Virus record (IMG/VR): IMGVR_UViG_2974643820_000001
Source of the DNA: a virus
DNA length: 64,000 nucleotides
Strand: one strand, 5' to 3'
Shown here: one piece after another, positions 34,901-45,500 of the stretch
Layout: the number at the start of each line of letters is the position of its first letter
How positions within the stretch are numbered: the first letter of the stretch is position 1
The notes under the pieces: generated by a model
What the model saw: only the letters and a program-made list of their open reading frames with translations
Told to the model about the DNA's origin: nothing
Database searches by the model: none
Position numbers and translations under genes: made by a program

Positions 34901-35310
34901 GTGATTGTAATGTCGTTGCGGATTACGCCTTTGGTGACTTGGACAATGGAGTGACATTTAAGGTCAGCAACCAAGTGTTGTCGGCTGCGTCCCCTCTGAA
35001 GATATTGACTGGTAACTTGTATGGTAACTTGTCGATGGTTCTGTCTGGTCGTTGTGTGCGCACTGGAGATACTTTGGCTGTTCGTTGGCTTGGTTCAGCC
35101 AACACGTATCAGGTTGCTACCGGAAGTGCGATCTTGGCTTCTGGTGCACCGACGGATTACACGATACAGTATAACGGCGTCAACACCGGGTTTGTGTGCA
35201 AAGCAATCCCTTTGACCACCACGACAGACCTGGCGGTGACCGAATTCTATCTGGGTGAAATTACAGGGTATGACAGCTACACGCCTAAATTCCTTGGCTT
35301 TGCTAAATAA
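31981..35310 (+). CDS. tailspike TSP4 (baseplate-anchoring hub), 1109 aa
   Basis: MANKPTQPVFPLGL anchor plus XD domains as in CBA120 TSP4; beta-helix body. Confidence 0.9.
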   Translation: MANKPTQPVFPLGLGAEEQSTLAGILNTGTIEHGPDAVLTLPEGNASAGLPSSVRYNADSDEFEGFYENGGWLPLGGGGIRWEALPHASTATLTEGRGYLVDNSTNVSTVVFPSPTRVGDSVTVCDLYGKFSLYPLTIDPNGRPMYGSTEPMTLSTDSVSATFTWSGDARGWIVTAGVGLGQGRVYSRTIFTETVTADTAQVTLTSQPSIVDVYVDGKRLLESKYSLDGFNVNFSPSIPSGSELQVIQYVPIQLGNGSGGSGGGTVITWIYNSGSAAGGETEIELDVDAEDVSEIFIGGSRQQKGLGFTYDSDTKIISLADELDAGDEVVVVINGDPTLYNQIDRTPNEVARSANVPVSQVILTSDTITKLDGKTVIYDVNAQKMWSLPSGIPTGASIVSVSGSNLTYAPGNVVVSLKPVVGSGTDTDLKYLPLRRNLFKGVADYVGTPLYDGNDQTRITFTDNTTALKEFLLSSENVVNGVKYVYIPTGHYGFGGPKIILDPTTLPYKSILIYGDGIGKTILDYVKEDNTGTGNTEQGDNALELIRFEVGFDLVSFVDVTTKCTTKHGFVNGIPSSDPSNWAIYNGTVWFCHIKQAKRVELDGVEATRGNYRCISIDGISDSSPAVTDLFMRNCIGHHNTSSGFWLRGIAHADIADCTFYRNGTLGVTATGYGLTFSQYCSNIKLKNVNSYENYRKGIDKHGGLGTVSMENVTVADNIVFQMSFDHQYNGKYDPSTITNMILSGVHISFGENLDFCNEALAAIDLQYRNHITVLLNDKNIDGTPANRLGSVVMNDCSIRYLPGVTQNFYGYNGLNCMASELRLDNLNMDIRNMKLDRAGNKTVYTFMPITMARDNNTLVINGGDYLTGSGKMNDNTGVASNALFISQVATGRVISDNACYDMQDMVLFGTTGGGRAFAWNGARKLNGNTFKFRDIQGNTHNIVGSGFAWLSTAMMFGGGAATQYGGKNRVGFGDCNVVADYAFGDLDNGVTFKVSNQVLSAASPLKILTGNLYGNLSMVLSGRCVRTGDTLAVRWLGSANTYQVATGSAILASGAPTDYTIQYNGVNTGFVCKAIPLTTTTDLAVTEFYLGEITGYDSYTPKFLGFAK

Positions 35311-35314
35311 ACAA

Positions 35315-35332
35315 AAGCCCCTTCGGGGGCTT
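35315..35332 (+). terminator. UUCG stem-loop after TSP4
   Basis: AAGCCCC-TTCG-GGGGCTT. Confidence 0.6.
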
Positions 35333-35355
35333 CATGAGAACAACAGGAGATTCAC

Positions 35356-37152
35356 ATGAATCCGCAATTCAATCAGCCGAAAGGCTCGACGTCTTGGAAC
35401 ATCAACCGCAAGGCCATTGCCCGCGCTGCGAACGTGGCCGAAAGTGCTGTTATCTTCAGTTCTGAAACAACTGTGAATCTGGATAGCAAGACCGTCATTT
35501 ATGATGAAACCGCGCAAAAGATTTGGGGCAAACCATCTGGTATCCCGAATGGTGTCAAGATCATTTCAGTATCCGGTTCTAACTTGACATACACAGGTCC
35601 GGTTACTGTTCCTTTGGTGTCGTACACGGGTTCAGCAGATGAAATGGTGGCACGACTGGGTATTGTACCACACCGTGCCAAAATCAGTGATGATCTCAAC
35701 GCCATTGACCGTCGCCCTGACGGTTATGGCGGATCATTCGCTTCGGTCCTGGCGAATGGCCAGGATGTACAGGTCAATAAAGACGTAAATTTGACCAGCC
35801 CTATTCTTCCTGGGGATTATCAGGTAATTCAGGGTGCTGGCGGCAGCGTTACCATGACCAGCATAGCGCGAGCAGTCAGTATCGCCTCCAAGAAAGGGGT
35901 TTTCGTCAGGATGCTCCGGGCGATAGGTTCTGTTGTCAATGGCGCATCAACTGGGAACGTTGCATACGCTTGCGTAGCTTCTGATTCAAGCAATATACAC
36001 GTCGACTATATTGATGCCTCCAAATTCACTGGAGCCGTGGAATTCCTGAGAACTAGTGATTTCACCATCAGGAATGTTATGGCGCGAAATATGAGGTATC
36101 ATCCAGATGTTGTGGCAGGTGGGTATGGCGTGTTGTTGGAAGGTTGTACTCGCGGCCTGGTTGACGGAATCAATTTCAGGGCATCGAACGAAGACGGCGA
36201 CCTCGGGCGTCATGCTGTGTATATTTCCGTGGACTCTAGTGGTAATTTCTGCGAAGATATTATTGTCAGAAACATTATTGCGACTTATTCTAATATTGAC
36301 AACCGTGATATGCCTGCTGCCGTTGTAAGGAAGAGCAACCGCTGCATGATTGATGGATTTGATATAAATGGTTCAAACGGCGGCATTGGACTGAATGCGG
36401 ATAACGGCGCTATTCAAGACTTTCAAATCCGAAACGGTCACATGAAGATCATCCAGTATGATGATAACGCCATTTATGGAATATCTGGAGGCGTAGACAA
36501 CACTCCAGCAACTGTTATTGGGTTGAGAGTTGACAACGTCACTATTGAGATGGAAGTCAAATCCGGTGTGACCCCGACAACTGTCCGCCTGCACGGTCTG
36601 AACATGACGTGTCGTGACAGCCGTTTTACTAACTTGAGATTCAAAAGTCACGGGTCTTCGAACCCAATTCTTGTCCCTGTCGGAGCGATGAATCTGGTGT
36701 TCGACGGTATTTCGGATTTTGTGACAGCAGGATCGGCAACGGGAGCCGCCCTCATCCGTTTCCAAGGGACCAACAGCAATATCAGTGTGTTCAACGTGAA
36801 GACAGCACGAGCCGTGTTTGTCGGCCTTGATAATGTGACTGATCTGACGGTCAACTGGGAGCGTTTCGCTCGCATCGTGAACAACAACGGAACGATCACC
36901 ACCACTGATTCTAACTCGCTGATCAGTTCGGTTACGACTACGGGCACTGGGGAAATCACTGTTGTGTTCAAGAACCATGTGACGACTGACGCAGTACGCA
37001 ACTGCACTGTGACTCCAGCGAGCGTGGCGGGGTTGGTAGTTCTTCCAGAGATAACAGGTAGAAACTTGGTGTTGCGCTTCTACAACGGTAGTGGAACTCT
37101 TGTACCTCTTTCCTCTTCGATTGTCAGCGCAGATATCCGACTGCATTCTTGA
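35356..37152 (+). CDS. tailspike TSP3-position, 598 aa
   Basis: MNPQFNQPKGS N-terminus, TD1 domain, beta-helix body. Confidence 0.88.
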   Translation: MNPQFNQPKGSTSWNINRKAIARAANVAESAVIFSSETTVNLDSKTVIYDETAQKIWGKPSGIPNGVKIISVSGSNLTYTGPVTVPLVSYTGSADEMVARLGIVPHRAKISDDLNAIDRRPDGYGGSFASVLANGQDVQVNKDVNLTSPILPGDYQVIQGAGGSVTMTSIARAVSIASKKGVFVRMLRAIGSVVNGASTGNVAYACVASDSSNIHVDYIDASKFTGAVEFLRTSDFTIRNVMARNMRYHPDVVAGGYGVLLEGCTRGLVDGINFRASNEDGDLGRHAVYISVDSSGNFCEDIIVRNIIATYSNIDNRDMPAAVVRKSNRCMIDGFDINGSNGGIGLNADNGAIQDFQIRNGHMKIIQYDDNAIYGISGGVDNTPATVIGLRVDNVTIEMEVKSGVTPTTVRLHGLNMTCRDSRFTNLRFKSHGSSNPILVPVGAMNLVFDGISDFVTAGSATGAALIRFQGTNSNISVFNVKTARAVFVGLDNVTDLTVNWERFARIVNNNGTITTTDSNSLISSVTTTGTGEITVVFKNHVTTDAVRNCTVTPASVAGLVVLPEITGRNLVLRFYNGSGTLVPLSSSIVSADIRLHS

Positions 37153-37163
37153 TTACAGCTTCA

Positions 37164-37200
37164 CTAAATACCCCATATTGGCAAATCCTCTATGGGGTAT
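37164..37200 (+). promoter_or_regulatory. late promoter CTAAATACCCC with RBS-sequestering hairpin
   Basis: Perfect 10-bp IR ATACCCCATA/TATGGGGTAT. Confidence 0.8.
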
Positions 37201-37206
37201 CTTCAA

Positions 37207-39771
37207 ATGACCAGAAACGTCGAGAGCATCTTTGGAGCGGTCGTAACAGCGCCGCACCAGATTCCATACACTTACACAGCAACGGGCGGGGAGACGTTTA
37301 TCTCCCTCCCGTTCTATCCCGTTACGGGCTTTGTTACAATCAATGGTGGTGTCCAAGTTCCTGTGGACAACTATGAAATCGATGGGAACACGATCAACCT
37401 GGGTCGGACTCTGGAACCAGAAGACGTTGTATACTGTCTGTTTGACAAGATTCTGTCGCCGGAAGATTATGCAGACGGCATCCGCATCTACAAGTTCCAG
37501 GCCGTCGGTACTGAAACATCGTTCACTCCCGACTTCACCACATACGGTGTGCAGACCCTGTACATTGATGGGAAGTTCCAGGTTCCAGACATCAACTACA
37601 GCTACAGCAGCACGACGGGCACTGTGAGTTTCCTCACGGGTTCACCAACGGCTGGAGTTTGGGTTGTGGCCGAGATGTCTGTGAAGCAGCCGAATATCAG
37701 CCCTCTGTTTGACCGCACCATTCAAGAAGTCGGTCGTTCTACCAACCTGGCAGACACTGCTGTTATTCTGAGCACTGACATTGGTACTCCTCTTGATGAT
37801 AAAACTGTCATCTATGATGTTGTGGCTGAGAAGATTTATGGTCTTCCAACCCTACCTTCTAACGCCTACATCAACACCGTTTCCAACGGACAGTTAACTT
37901 ACTCTCCTGGCAACGTCACTGTGGATCTTGTGGCAATTCCAGATTCTGCCGTGAAACTTAAAGAAGAACTGGCTGAGTTTGATGGTGAATCATTAGTTGG
38001 TGTTTGCCCTACTGTTGCCATATTACGAACCACTGAACCAAAAGCTAACAAGCAACTGATCACTGTTCGCGAATACGCTGCTGATACAGGAAAGGGCGGC
38101 GGGCGTTTTCGCGCAGTATTGGACGGTTCCAGTTATACAGATAATAGTGGCACTATCATCAAGACCACAGGCGGAGCGGCGTGGATCAGGGTTAATGATG
38201 TTGTCAGTGTTACCGACTTCGGTGCAGTTTCTGACTTTAATCGAGACACCAATGTTGGTACAGATAACACTACTGCATTCCAGGCAGCAATTGATTATTG
38301 CAAAGTATCTCATAAGGCATTGTTTGTACCTTCTGGTTGGTATCTGGTGAGTGGGAATCTTACTGCTACTTACGCCATCGTTATGTATGGTGAAGGCGCG
38401 AATGGCGTGTCAATAACAACTGCTGCACAACAGGATTCTCCATTTATTGGTTCTGTTATTGTTGGCGGTAACACTACCGGGTATACACTTAATGTTAGCC
38501 CACCTAACTACCAGTTTGGTTTGTCCATTCGTAACGTTGCATTTTATGGTTTACCCGCACAACGTTCTAATGTTAACCACAAAGCATTGCGACTTCATAA
38601 CACAGGTTTACAGGGTTATGTGGAGAACGTGGCAATTTCTGGTTATGGAGGTAATGGCCTGGTTATTGGTTATCTACAAGATACCCATATTATCAGTTTG
38701 TTCATTGAACGTTGTGGTACGCTTGACGTCGCAGCTATTAAGTTTGAAGCACGAGCAAACTATGTGTACTTCCAGGATTGTCTGATGATGGCTTGCCATT
38801 ATTTTGTAGATAACACCGATGCTACTTTGTTTGGTCGTTATATTTTCTGGAGTGGATGTCATATCGAGCATGGCGACTACAACGGTGCTCTTGGTGCCGA
38901 GTGGGACTTCTACTACAACAAGACTCCGTTTAATATCGGCGCAGGCTCAGATTGGTCTTTCCAGAACTGTATCTTTATCCCAGTATCCAACTCTGGTCTG
39001 GCCACGTCTTTGGGTATTTCGCGTTTGTCAACCCCATATTTTATGGTTTGTTCTGGTGAACGTTTTAACATGGTCAATTGCCGTTTCAATGCCCCACGAG
39101 ATTCTGTATCCAGCTTAGCCCTAACTGGCCCTAACTCCAGAACAGCTATGATTACAGATACTATTTTCCAAGGTGCTGATGGTGGCCGTCCTTGTATTGA
39201 CGCCTACTACGCAGAAATCACTAACTGTACTTTCAACCTGGATATCTCGGCTTATACCGACCGTTGTTCTGGTGTGTATGTTCGTCGTGGTGGTGCAGTG
39301 AAAAGTTGTAAATTCCGTCTTGGAGCAACTACTGGTTCGCGTCGCACCCTCGGGCACTTAATCCTCACAGACGACGACCGTTATGAGGCAATTAATGTGA
39401 GTGGTAACACTTACCCAGATACCACTTATGTGAATGCCTTTGTTCACCGTGGTTGTACTATTTCTGGGGAAGATGGTGGAACCCCTCGTTTGGTTTCCAT
39501 TACTACAACCCAGAGCATTGACCTTAGCTTGTATCCAACTAACGTTAACTTCTGGGTTACTGCTGCTGTTACTATCACTGATATTCTTAATGGCCAGTAT
39601 GGTCGCAGGGTCAGCGTTATTGCCAACACTGCTGGTGCGGTGATTAATACTACTGGTAACGTTTATCCGAAGGGTAACGTTAACTACACCATGACAGCAG
39701 GCGTACCTGTTGAGTTCCGTGGAATGCTGGATATCTCTGGAAACAGAAAGATGTTCCAACTTGCTGGATAA
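37207..39771 (+). CDS. tailspike TSP2, 854 aa
   Basis: MTRNVESIFGAVVTAPHQIPY XD domains as in CBA120 TSP2; VSVTDFGAVSD beta-helix cap. Confidence 0.9.
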   Translation: MTRNVESIFGAVVTAPHQIPYTYTATGGETFISLPFYPVTGFVTINGGVQVPVDNYEIDGNTINLGRTLEPEDVVYCLFDKILSPEDYADGIRIYKFQAVGTETSFTPDFTTYGVQTLYIDGKFQVPDINYSYSSTTGTVSFLTGSPTAGVWVVAEMSVKQPNISPLFDRTIQEVGRSTNLADTAVILSTDIGTPLDDKTVIYDVVAEKIYGLPTLPSNAYINTVSNGQLTYSPGNVTVDLVAIPDSAVKLKEELAEFDGESLVGVCPTVAILRTTEPKANKQLITVREYAADTGKGGGRFRAVLDGSSYTDNSGTIIKTTGGAAWIRVNDVVSVTDFGAVSDFNRDTNVGTDNTTAFQAAIDYCKVSHKALFVPSGWYLVSGNLTATYAIVMYGEGANGVSITTAAQQDSPFIGSVIVGGNTTGYTLNVSPPNYQFGLSIRNVAFYGLPAQRSNVNHKALRLHNTGLQGYVENVAISGYGGNGLVIGYLQDTHIISLFIERCGTLDVAAIKFEARANYVYFQDCLMMACHYFVDNTDATLFGRYIFWSGCHIEHGDYNGALGAEWDFYYNKTPFNIGAGSDWSFQNCIFIPVSNSGLATSLGISRLSTPYFMVCSGERFNMVNCRFNAPRDSVSSLALTGPNSRTAMITDTIFQGADGGRPCIDAYYAEITNCTFNLDISAYTDRCSGVYVRRGGAVKSCKFRLGATTGSRRTLGHLILTDDDRYEAINVSGNTYPDTTYVNAFVHRGCTISGEDGGTPRLVSITTTQSIDLSLYPTNVNFWVTAAVTITDILNGQYGRRVSVIANTAGAVINTTGNVYPKGNVNYTMTAGVPVEFRGMLDISGNRKMFQLAG

Positions 39772-39784
39772 GAATTGTAAAACC

Positions 39785-39806
39785 AAAGCCCTCTCCGGAG
39801 GGCTTT
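39785..39806 (+). terminator. stem-loop after TSP2
   Basis: AAAGCCCTC-TCCG-GAGGGCTTT. Confidence 0.65.
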
Positions 39807-39835
39807 AACATGACTAAAACAACAGGAGATTCTTT

Positions 39836-42406
39836 ATGAATCCGCAATTTTCACAGCCGAAAGGCTCAGTTGGTAAAGAGACAAACAAGGACTCGATCGC
39901 CCGCAAGTTCGGGTGCAAGAAATCCGAGGTTCTCTACGCTAAACCAGGTTCCACCCTGACTGGTTACAAGGTGATCTACGATAAGGTGTCTCAGCGCTCC
40001 TATGCACTGCCTTCTAACCTGCCTGCTGGCGCTACCATCACCAGCCTCACTGACGGCATTCTCGTACACAATACGGGCACTGTCGACTTGGGTGCACTGG
40101 CTGTGTTGCGTGGTGAGTTCGTTAATCTGGTCGAAAACTTCACAACCGGATTTACTTTGAAAGTGAAGAATGAACTGGTCAGCGACGGAGCGAACTTGTA
40201 TCGTTGGGGTGGGAGTCTTCCTAAAACGGTCAGTGCTGGAACTAGCGTGGGTGCATCTGGTGGTGTCGGCTCATCTGCTTGGGTAAGACACAGCGAGTCG
40301 CTGGCAACGAATTTCACCCCGCGCCCGTACAAAGCACGAAATGACATTACATTCACAACTGGTGGTGTTGTCAACAAGGGTGAGGCGATCCTCTATGCAG
40401 ACGATGGCTTGTATTATGCTTCACTTTCCACAAACCCGTATGTGACCGTGTCTACAGGATTCACGCCAGACACTACGTGGATCTGTGTTGGCCTGCTGAA
40501 CGAATACCCTCTGTGGGACAGCCGCGCATGGTATGCCCCATCCAGCACTCTAGACAACACAAAGGCTGCGAAACAATTTTATCGCACGATGTCGCTTCTC
40601 GGGCTGGAAGCGCGATTTGTGGGTGACCTCCGTTTGTCTTCGCGAGTCACGGGGTACGCACAACTCGATCTGTCGCAATGCCGTATCTACATAGACCCAA
40701 ACAGTGATGACACTGTGTCTGGTGGTGGCGGCAAGGTGTTCTTGATTGAAGATCCCGACACACAGGTTCTGACGGGGCAGAGCTTCGCCACTAGTAATAT
40801 CGGCCAGGTCGCTCACGTTCAACTTAGTGGAGCGGCGTTCAGTAACAAAACCGTGGGCGTTGAGGGCGAAGGCACGAACAACCGCGCTTATCTCAGACAA
40901 CCACAGAACACTTACATCCAGGCAAGTGATCTTTTTGTGATGGACGGCGGCACCACAGGCCTCCACCCAGATACTCCTGCGTTGTTCAAGTTCAACGACA
41001 CCGCCAAGTTCATCATCAGACCACAACGTCCTGGTATGGTAATCAAAGGTGGCGAATTCATCCTGGAAGCGCCTTTGTCTGGTGGTCGCAGTCTGAGAAC
41101 CTGTATCGCAATCGAAAGAAACAACACATGCCTGGTTGGTGGTTATTTCAATGCCCAACACGATGACGTCGTTGCAGAATCGTATGTTCAGTTTAGTTGG
41201 GTTTCCGACATCATGGTTATTGGTGTGTCGATGCCGAACAACGTGGCTTCTTCAAACTATATGATTTTAGCCCAGGGTACGAACAGACTGCGGGTTCAAC
41301 ATTGTCACGCCGCCGCAGGCTGGGCGCTGACTGATGGTAATTTCATGCGCAATACTGTGGTGGAAGACAGTTCTGGTGCGACTATCGGTTGTCACGCAAT
41401 GGCCTGGAACTTTACAGTTCAACGCTGTACGCTCATGCCTGTTCTGGTTGGTGGAAATTACCAGGGTGGTATCTCCCTGACGGGCGGTGGCCTGCTGAAG
41501 GTGAGAGATATCACTTACACCTACATGGGCGGTCCACGCAGATTAGACCATCCTGTATCCACCCGTGGTGATTATGGCCAGTCTTGGGAAGGTGTGATCG
41601 ATGTATCGCGTGTTCACCTGCGTTATGGCGCTGCTGCTCCGTCTGGGCAAGGGTGTTCTATCGTATATTGTGAAGGTGCATACAACGGCGCTATAGACCT
41701 GACGCGCACCTGCTACCTCGGCGGTAAAGAGATCAACGTTCGCAATGTCCGTGTTGAAGTGTTGAACGCATCTTGGGGAGCAACAGAGGTTGTTCTGAGC
41801 CCTGCTTGGTTTGAGACTCAGTTCAGCCAGACTGTGAAATATCCCGAGACGTATCTTGTTGACAACTTTGTTGTTGAAGGTGTTGGCAACAACTTCTCCT
41901 TCGATCCGCGCTTCCCAGCTCTGGTGAGCAATACCAATGCTGTTGTCAGTACCTGCGTGGCTAATTTCAATAATGTGCAATGGCCTTCTACCAGCGCGGC
42001 CTTTATCGGCGCGGCAGCGAGTACGACATATCGCGTGACGTTGCTCCTCACTATCGAGAACGCGAGAAGTTCATTATCTTTGAACTTGTTGGCTCTTCCT
42101 GCTGGTAGCAAGGCGACCATTCGTAAATGCATCATCGGGAACTTGGTTCTCGGGAATGCCAACAGTGCTGGCGAGTATTACCTGGAACGCAATACGGTCA
42201 CAGGAACAAACTTCGGTGGCTCGCCTGCTGGCTCTGACAAGGCGTACTATTACCAGAACCACATCACCACAGTCAATGCTGTGGCAGTGGGTACTGTGGC
42301 GAAGTACTGCCACGGAAACACGGTCGTCACCGGAGGCAGTATCACGGGAAGAACTCTCGACGAATGGTACTCCTACCGAGACACTTCAGTCTTCCGCACA
42401 ACGTAA
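39836..42406 (+). CDS. tailspike TSP1-position, 856 aa
   Basis: MNPQFSQPKGS...SIARKFG N-terminus, TD1 and TD2 domains, beta-helix body. Confidence 0.88.
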   Translation: MNPQFSQPKGSVGKETNKDSIARKFGCKKSEVLYAKPGSTLTGYKVIYDKVSQRSYALPSNLPAGATITSLTDGILVHNTGTVDLGALAVLRGEFVNLVENFTTGFTLKVKNELVSDGANLYRWGGSLPKTVSAGTSVGASGGVGSSAWVRHSESLATNFTPRPYKARNDITFTTGGVVNKGEAILYADDGLYYASLSTNPYVTVSTGFTPDTTWICVGLLNEYPLWDSRAWYAPSSTLDNTKAAKQFYRTMSLLGLEARFVGDLRLSSRVTGYAQLDLSQCRIYIDPNSDDTVSGGGGKVFLIEDPDTQVLTGQSFATSNIGQVAHVQLSGAAFSNKTVGVEGEGTNNRAYLRQPQNTYIQASDLFVMDGGTTGLHPDTPALFKFNDTAKFIIRPQRPGMVIKGGEFILEAPLSGGRSLRTCIAIERNNTCLVGGYFNAQHDDVVAESYVQFSWVSDIMVIGVSMPNNVASSNYMILAQGTNRLRVQHCHAAAGWALTDGNFMRNTVVEDSSGATIGCHAMAWNFTVQRCTLMPVLVGGNYQGGISLTGGGLLKVRDITYTYMGGPRRLDHPVSTRGDYGQSWEGVIDVSRVHLRYGAAAPSGQGCSIVYCEGAYNGAIDLTRTCYLGGKEINVRNVRVEVLNASWGATEVVLSPAWFETQFSQTVKYPETYLVDNFVVEGVGNNFSFDPRFPALVSNTNAVVSTCVANFNNVQWPSTSAAFIGAAASTTYRVTLLLTIENARSSLSLNLLALPAGSKATIRKCIIGNLVLGNANSAGEYYLERNTVTGTNFGGSPAGSDKAYYYQNHITTVNAVAVGTVAKYCHGNTVVTGGSITGRTLDEWYSYRDTSVFRTT

Positions 42407-42411
42407 TGCTC

Positions 42412-42440
42412 AAGCCCTCTTCGGAGGGCTTATTTCTTTC
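42412..42440 (+). terminator. Rho-independent terminator after the tailspike cluster
   Basis: AAGCCCTC-TTCG-GAGGGCTT plus ATTTCTTTC. Confidence 0.8.
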
Positions 42441-42461
42441 TATTCCTCGGTTGGCTGTATA

Positions 42462-42468
42462 CTAAATA
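42462..42468 (+). promoter_or_regulatory. late promoter CTAAATA
   Basis: Recurring motif upstream of VrlC. Confidence 0.7.
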
Positions 42469-42502
42469 TCTCTATAATGGCACCTATCGATGGAGCATCA
42501 AA

Positions 42503-45500
42503 ATGCAAGAAATGAACCTCAACCGCCGCCCGTACTGGGATGACTGGAATCCAGAGAAGCGTTTTTCACGCATCCTGTTCCGTCCGGCTCCTATCAAAGT
42601 TCAGACGCGTGAACTGAACCAGATGCAGACCATCTTCCAAGATCAGCTGGAGAAACTTGGCAATCATCTCTTCAAAGATGGTTCCATGGTTATCCCAGGC
42701 GGCCTGACGATCACCAACACCGCAGTGTCTATGAAGTTCACTCTGGCTGGTGGTAGCGAGTTCACTGATCTGGAAGGTATCTCCGAACTCTATGTTCTGG
42801 GCAAGGACAACAATGCGAAAGCCCGTGTCCTGTCTCTGGAACGTTACCTGGCCGAGCCGGACACAATGTACGCCATCTTGGAGATGACCGAGAGCGGCAG
42901 TTCAGACGGTTTCGAAGCTGGTGATGACCTGTACTTCAACACCTACGACGTGAATGATAACTTCATTCGTGTTGGTTACGGTGTTGCTGCAACAGTCGGG
43001 GGTTCTATCGTTGCCCGTATGACCAAGGGCGTTTATTTCGTCCGTGGGATGTTCCTTGATGTTGAGGCCGCCACCCTGATCGTCGACAACGCATCCAACT
43101 CCACTTCACACCGCGTTGGGTTCAAGGTGACAGAGACCATCGTCACCGAAGACGATGACGAAAGTTTGTTCTCCAATGCTCAGGGAACTCCTAACTCCAA
43201 AGCCCCTGGTGCGCACCGCTTCCGTGTCGACCTCGTGCTGTCTCGCTTCGGTTATGATGAAGAAGTGGCTGACTTCGTTGAACTGGCGAAGGTGAAGGAC
43301 GGTCGCATTCAGTCTATGGTGACCCAGTCCACCTATAACATCCTCGAAGACACCATGGCTCAGCGAACCTATGAGACCAACGGTGACTACAACGTGTCTA
43401 CGCACCAGATCGACCTGCGTGAACACCTGAAAGAGAACAACAACGGCGGCGTTTACACCCCTGCAGAAGGTGGTGATGAAAGCAAATTCGTGGCGGTTAT
43501 GAAGCCAGGGATCTCCTATGTTCGCGGTCGCCGTATCGAAAACCTTGGTGAAGAACTGGTCACCATTGACAAGGCGCGTGACACCGATGTCTTGAACAAC
43601 AACCCGGTGGCTGTTGCAACTGGCAACTACCTTGTGTCCAAGAACTCCAAGGGTGTCCCAGTCATATCGCGCACGATTCGTTACAAGTTCCTGAACGCAT
43701 CAAGTGTAACCCAAGCCACCGCACTGCTGATTTCGGCAGAACGTTCCGGCTCTGAATTCCGCCTGTATATGCGCGACCTCGTTGTCACTGGGGACATGGG
43801 TACTGTCACCAAAGTTGCATACGAAGAAAGCGGTACAACAATGTTCTCCTGCGAACTGGAGTCCAATCAGTTCAGCCAGAGTTCAGCGATTGACCTGATC
43901 TTCCCTCTGCCTGTGTTTGGTGTGAAGACCCTGGCTCCTACAGGGACCATTGACATCAACTACACTGTCCTGCGGTCAAACAAGATCACGTTGAACGCCG
44001 CTGGCGCAGGCTCAATCTCTGCTCCTCTGGGGTACAGCTTCAGTCCTGAATTCTCTTTGTATTCGGCGGCGAAAGCAGATGGCACTGCGGCACAATTCGA
44101 CGTTACTTCTGGTCTGTCCCTGACAGGTACGCCAGTGGGTTCTGCTCTCCAGATCTCGTTGGGCGCTGGCTATGCCAACCAATCCATCAACCTGCTGGCT
44201 CTGATGGTGCGCACAACGGCAACGATCAAAACCAAGACAGTTACTGAAGTCACGGAGACTGTAACGTTTACGACAGCGGCGAGTGTACCTCTTGCCAACC
44301 ATGACGGATACAAGCTAGTGAGTGTGAAGAACGCAAGTGGCGCTGACGTCACCTCGAACTTCACTCTGGATGGCGGCCAGCGTGATGCTGCATACTATCG
44401 TTCTAACCTGTTATCGGGCACTGGAGCCATTTCAGGGACGTTCACGGTGGTGTATCAGTATTTCGCTCACAGCTCTGGTGACTTCTTCACAGCGGATTCC
44501 TATTCTTCCATCGATTACCCAGACATCCCGAACTATGTTTCATCCAGTTCCGGTACTGTGTATGGTCTGGCAGACAGCCTGGACTTCCGTCCTAAGATCA
44601 CCAGCGGTGCTTCCGACACTGACATGGTTCGCCCGAACACTGCTATCGTCCTCGATGCGGAGTACTATCTGCCTCGTATTGATGCCGTGTATCTGGCCGA
44701 CAACGGCGTGTTCAACGTGGCTCGTGGTGTGAGTTCCAATAACCTGGCTTCGCCTGCGATCCCAGACAACGGCATGCGTCTGTACGAACTGATGATCCCG
44801 CCTTACACGGCCAATATCGACGATATCCAGATCCGTACTATCGACAACCGCCGTTACACGATGCGTGATATCGGTAAACTGGAGACCCGTATCTCTAACG
44901 TTGAATACTACACCTCACTGTCACAGCTGGAATCTTCAGCGATGACACAACAGGTGTTCGATCCAATCACTGGCAACCCGCGCTTCAAAAACGGTATTGC
45001 AGCAGACCCATTCAAAGACTTCCGTCTGATCGACGATTTGTCTTCAGACTGGATGGGATCTATCGATACTGACAATGGTCGCCTGCGCCCGTTTGTTCAG
45101 CAGAACGCGATTGACCTGACGCCAGTCGGCTGGAACAACGTTCAGGATGGCATGGTTGTGTGCAACTACACCCGTGAGATCTCTGTACGTCAGGACTATG
45201 CGACCACGACCATCAACGTGAACCCGTATGCAGTGTTCAACTGGGAAGGTTTCCTGAAACTGAACCCGACTACTGACTACTGGTTTGAGAACTACTATGT
45301 TGCTCCACGTGTGATCAACGAAACGATCAACACCCGTGGCGCGATCAAAGAGGGTTCTGTGTATGGCACATGGCGTACTGTGTCTGTGTCTGAGCGTGTG
45401 TGGGAACCGCATGGTGCAGGCGGTGTGTGGTGGGGCTACCGCTACCGCACGACTGTGTCCACTCGTGACGTCACCACGTACACGTACACCGACAAGACGA

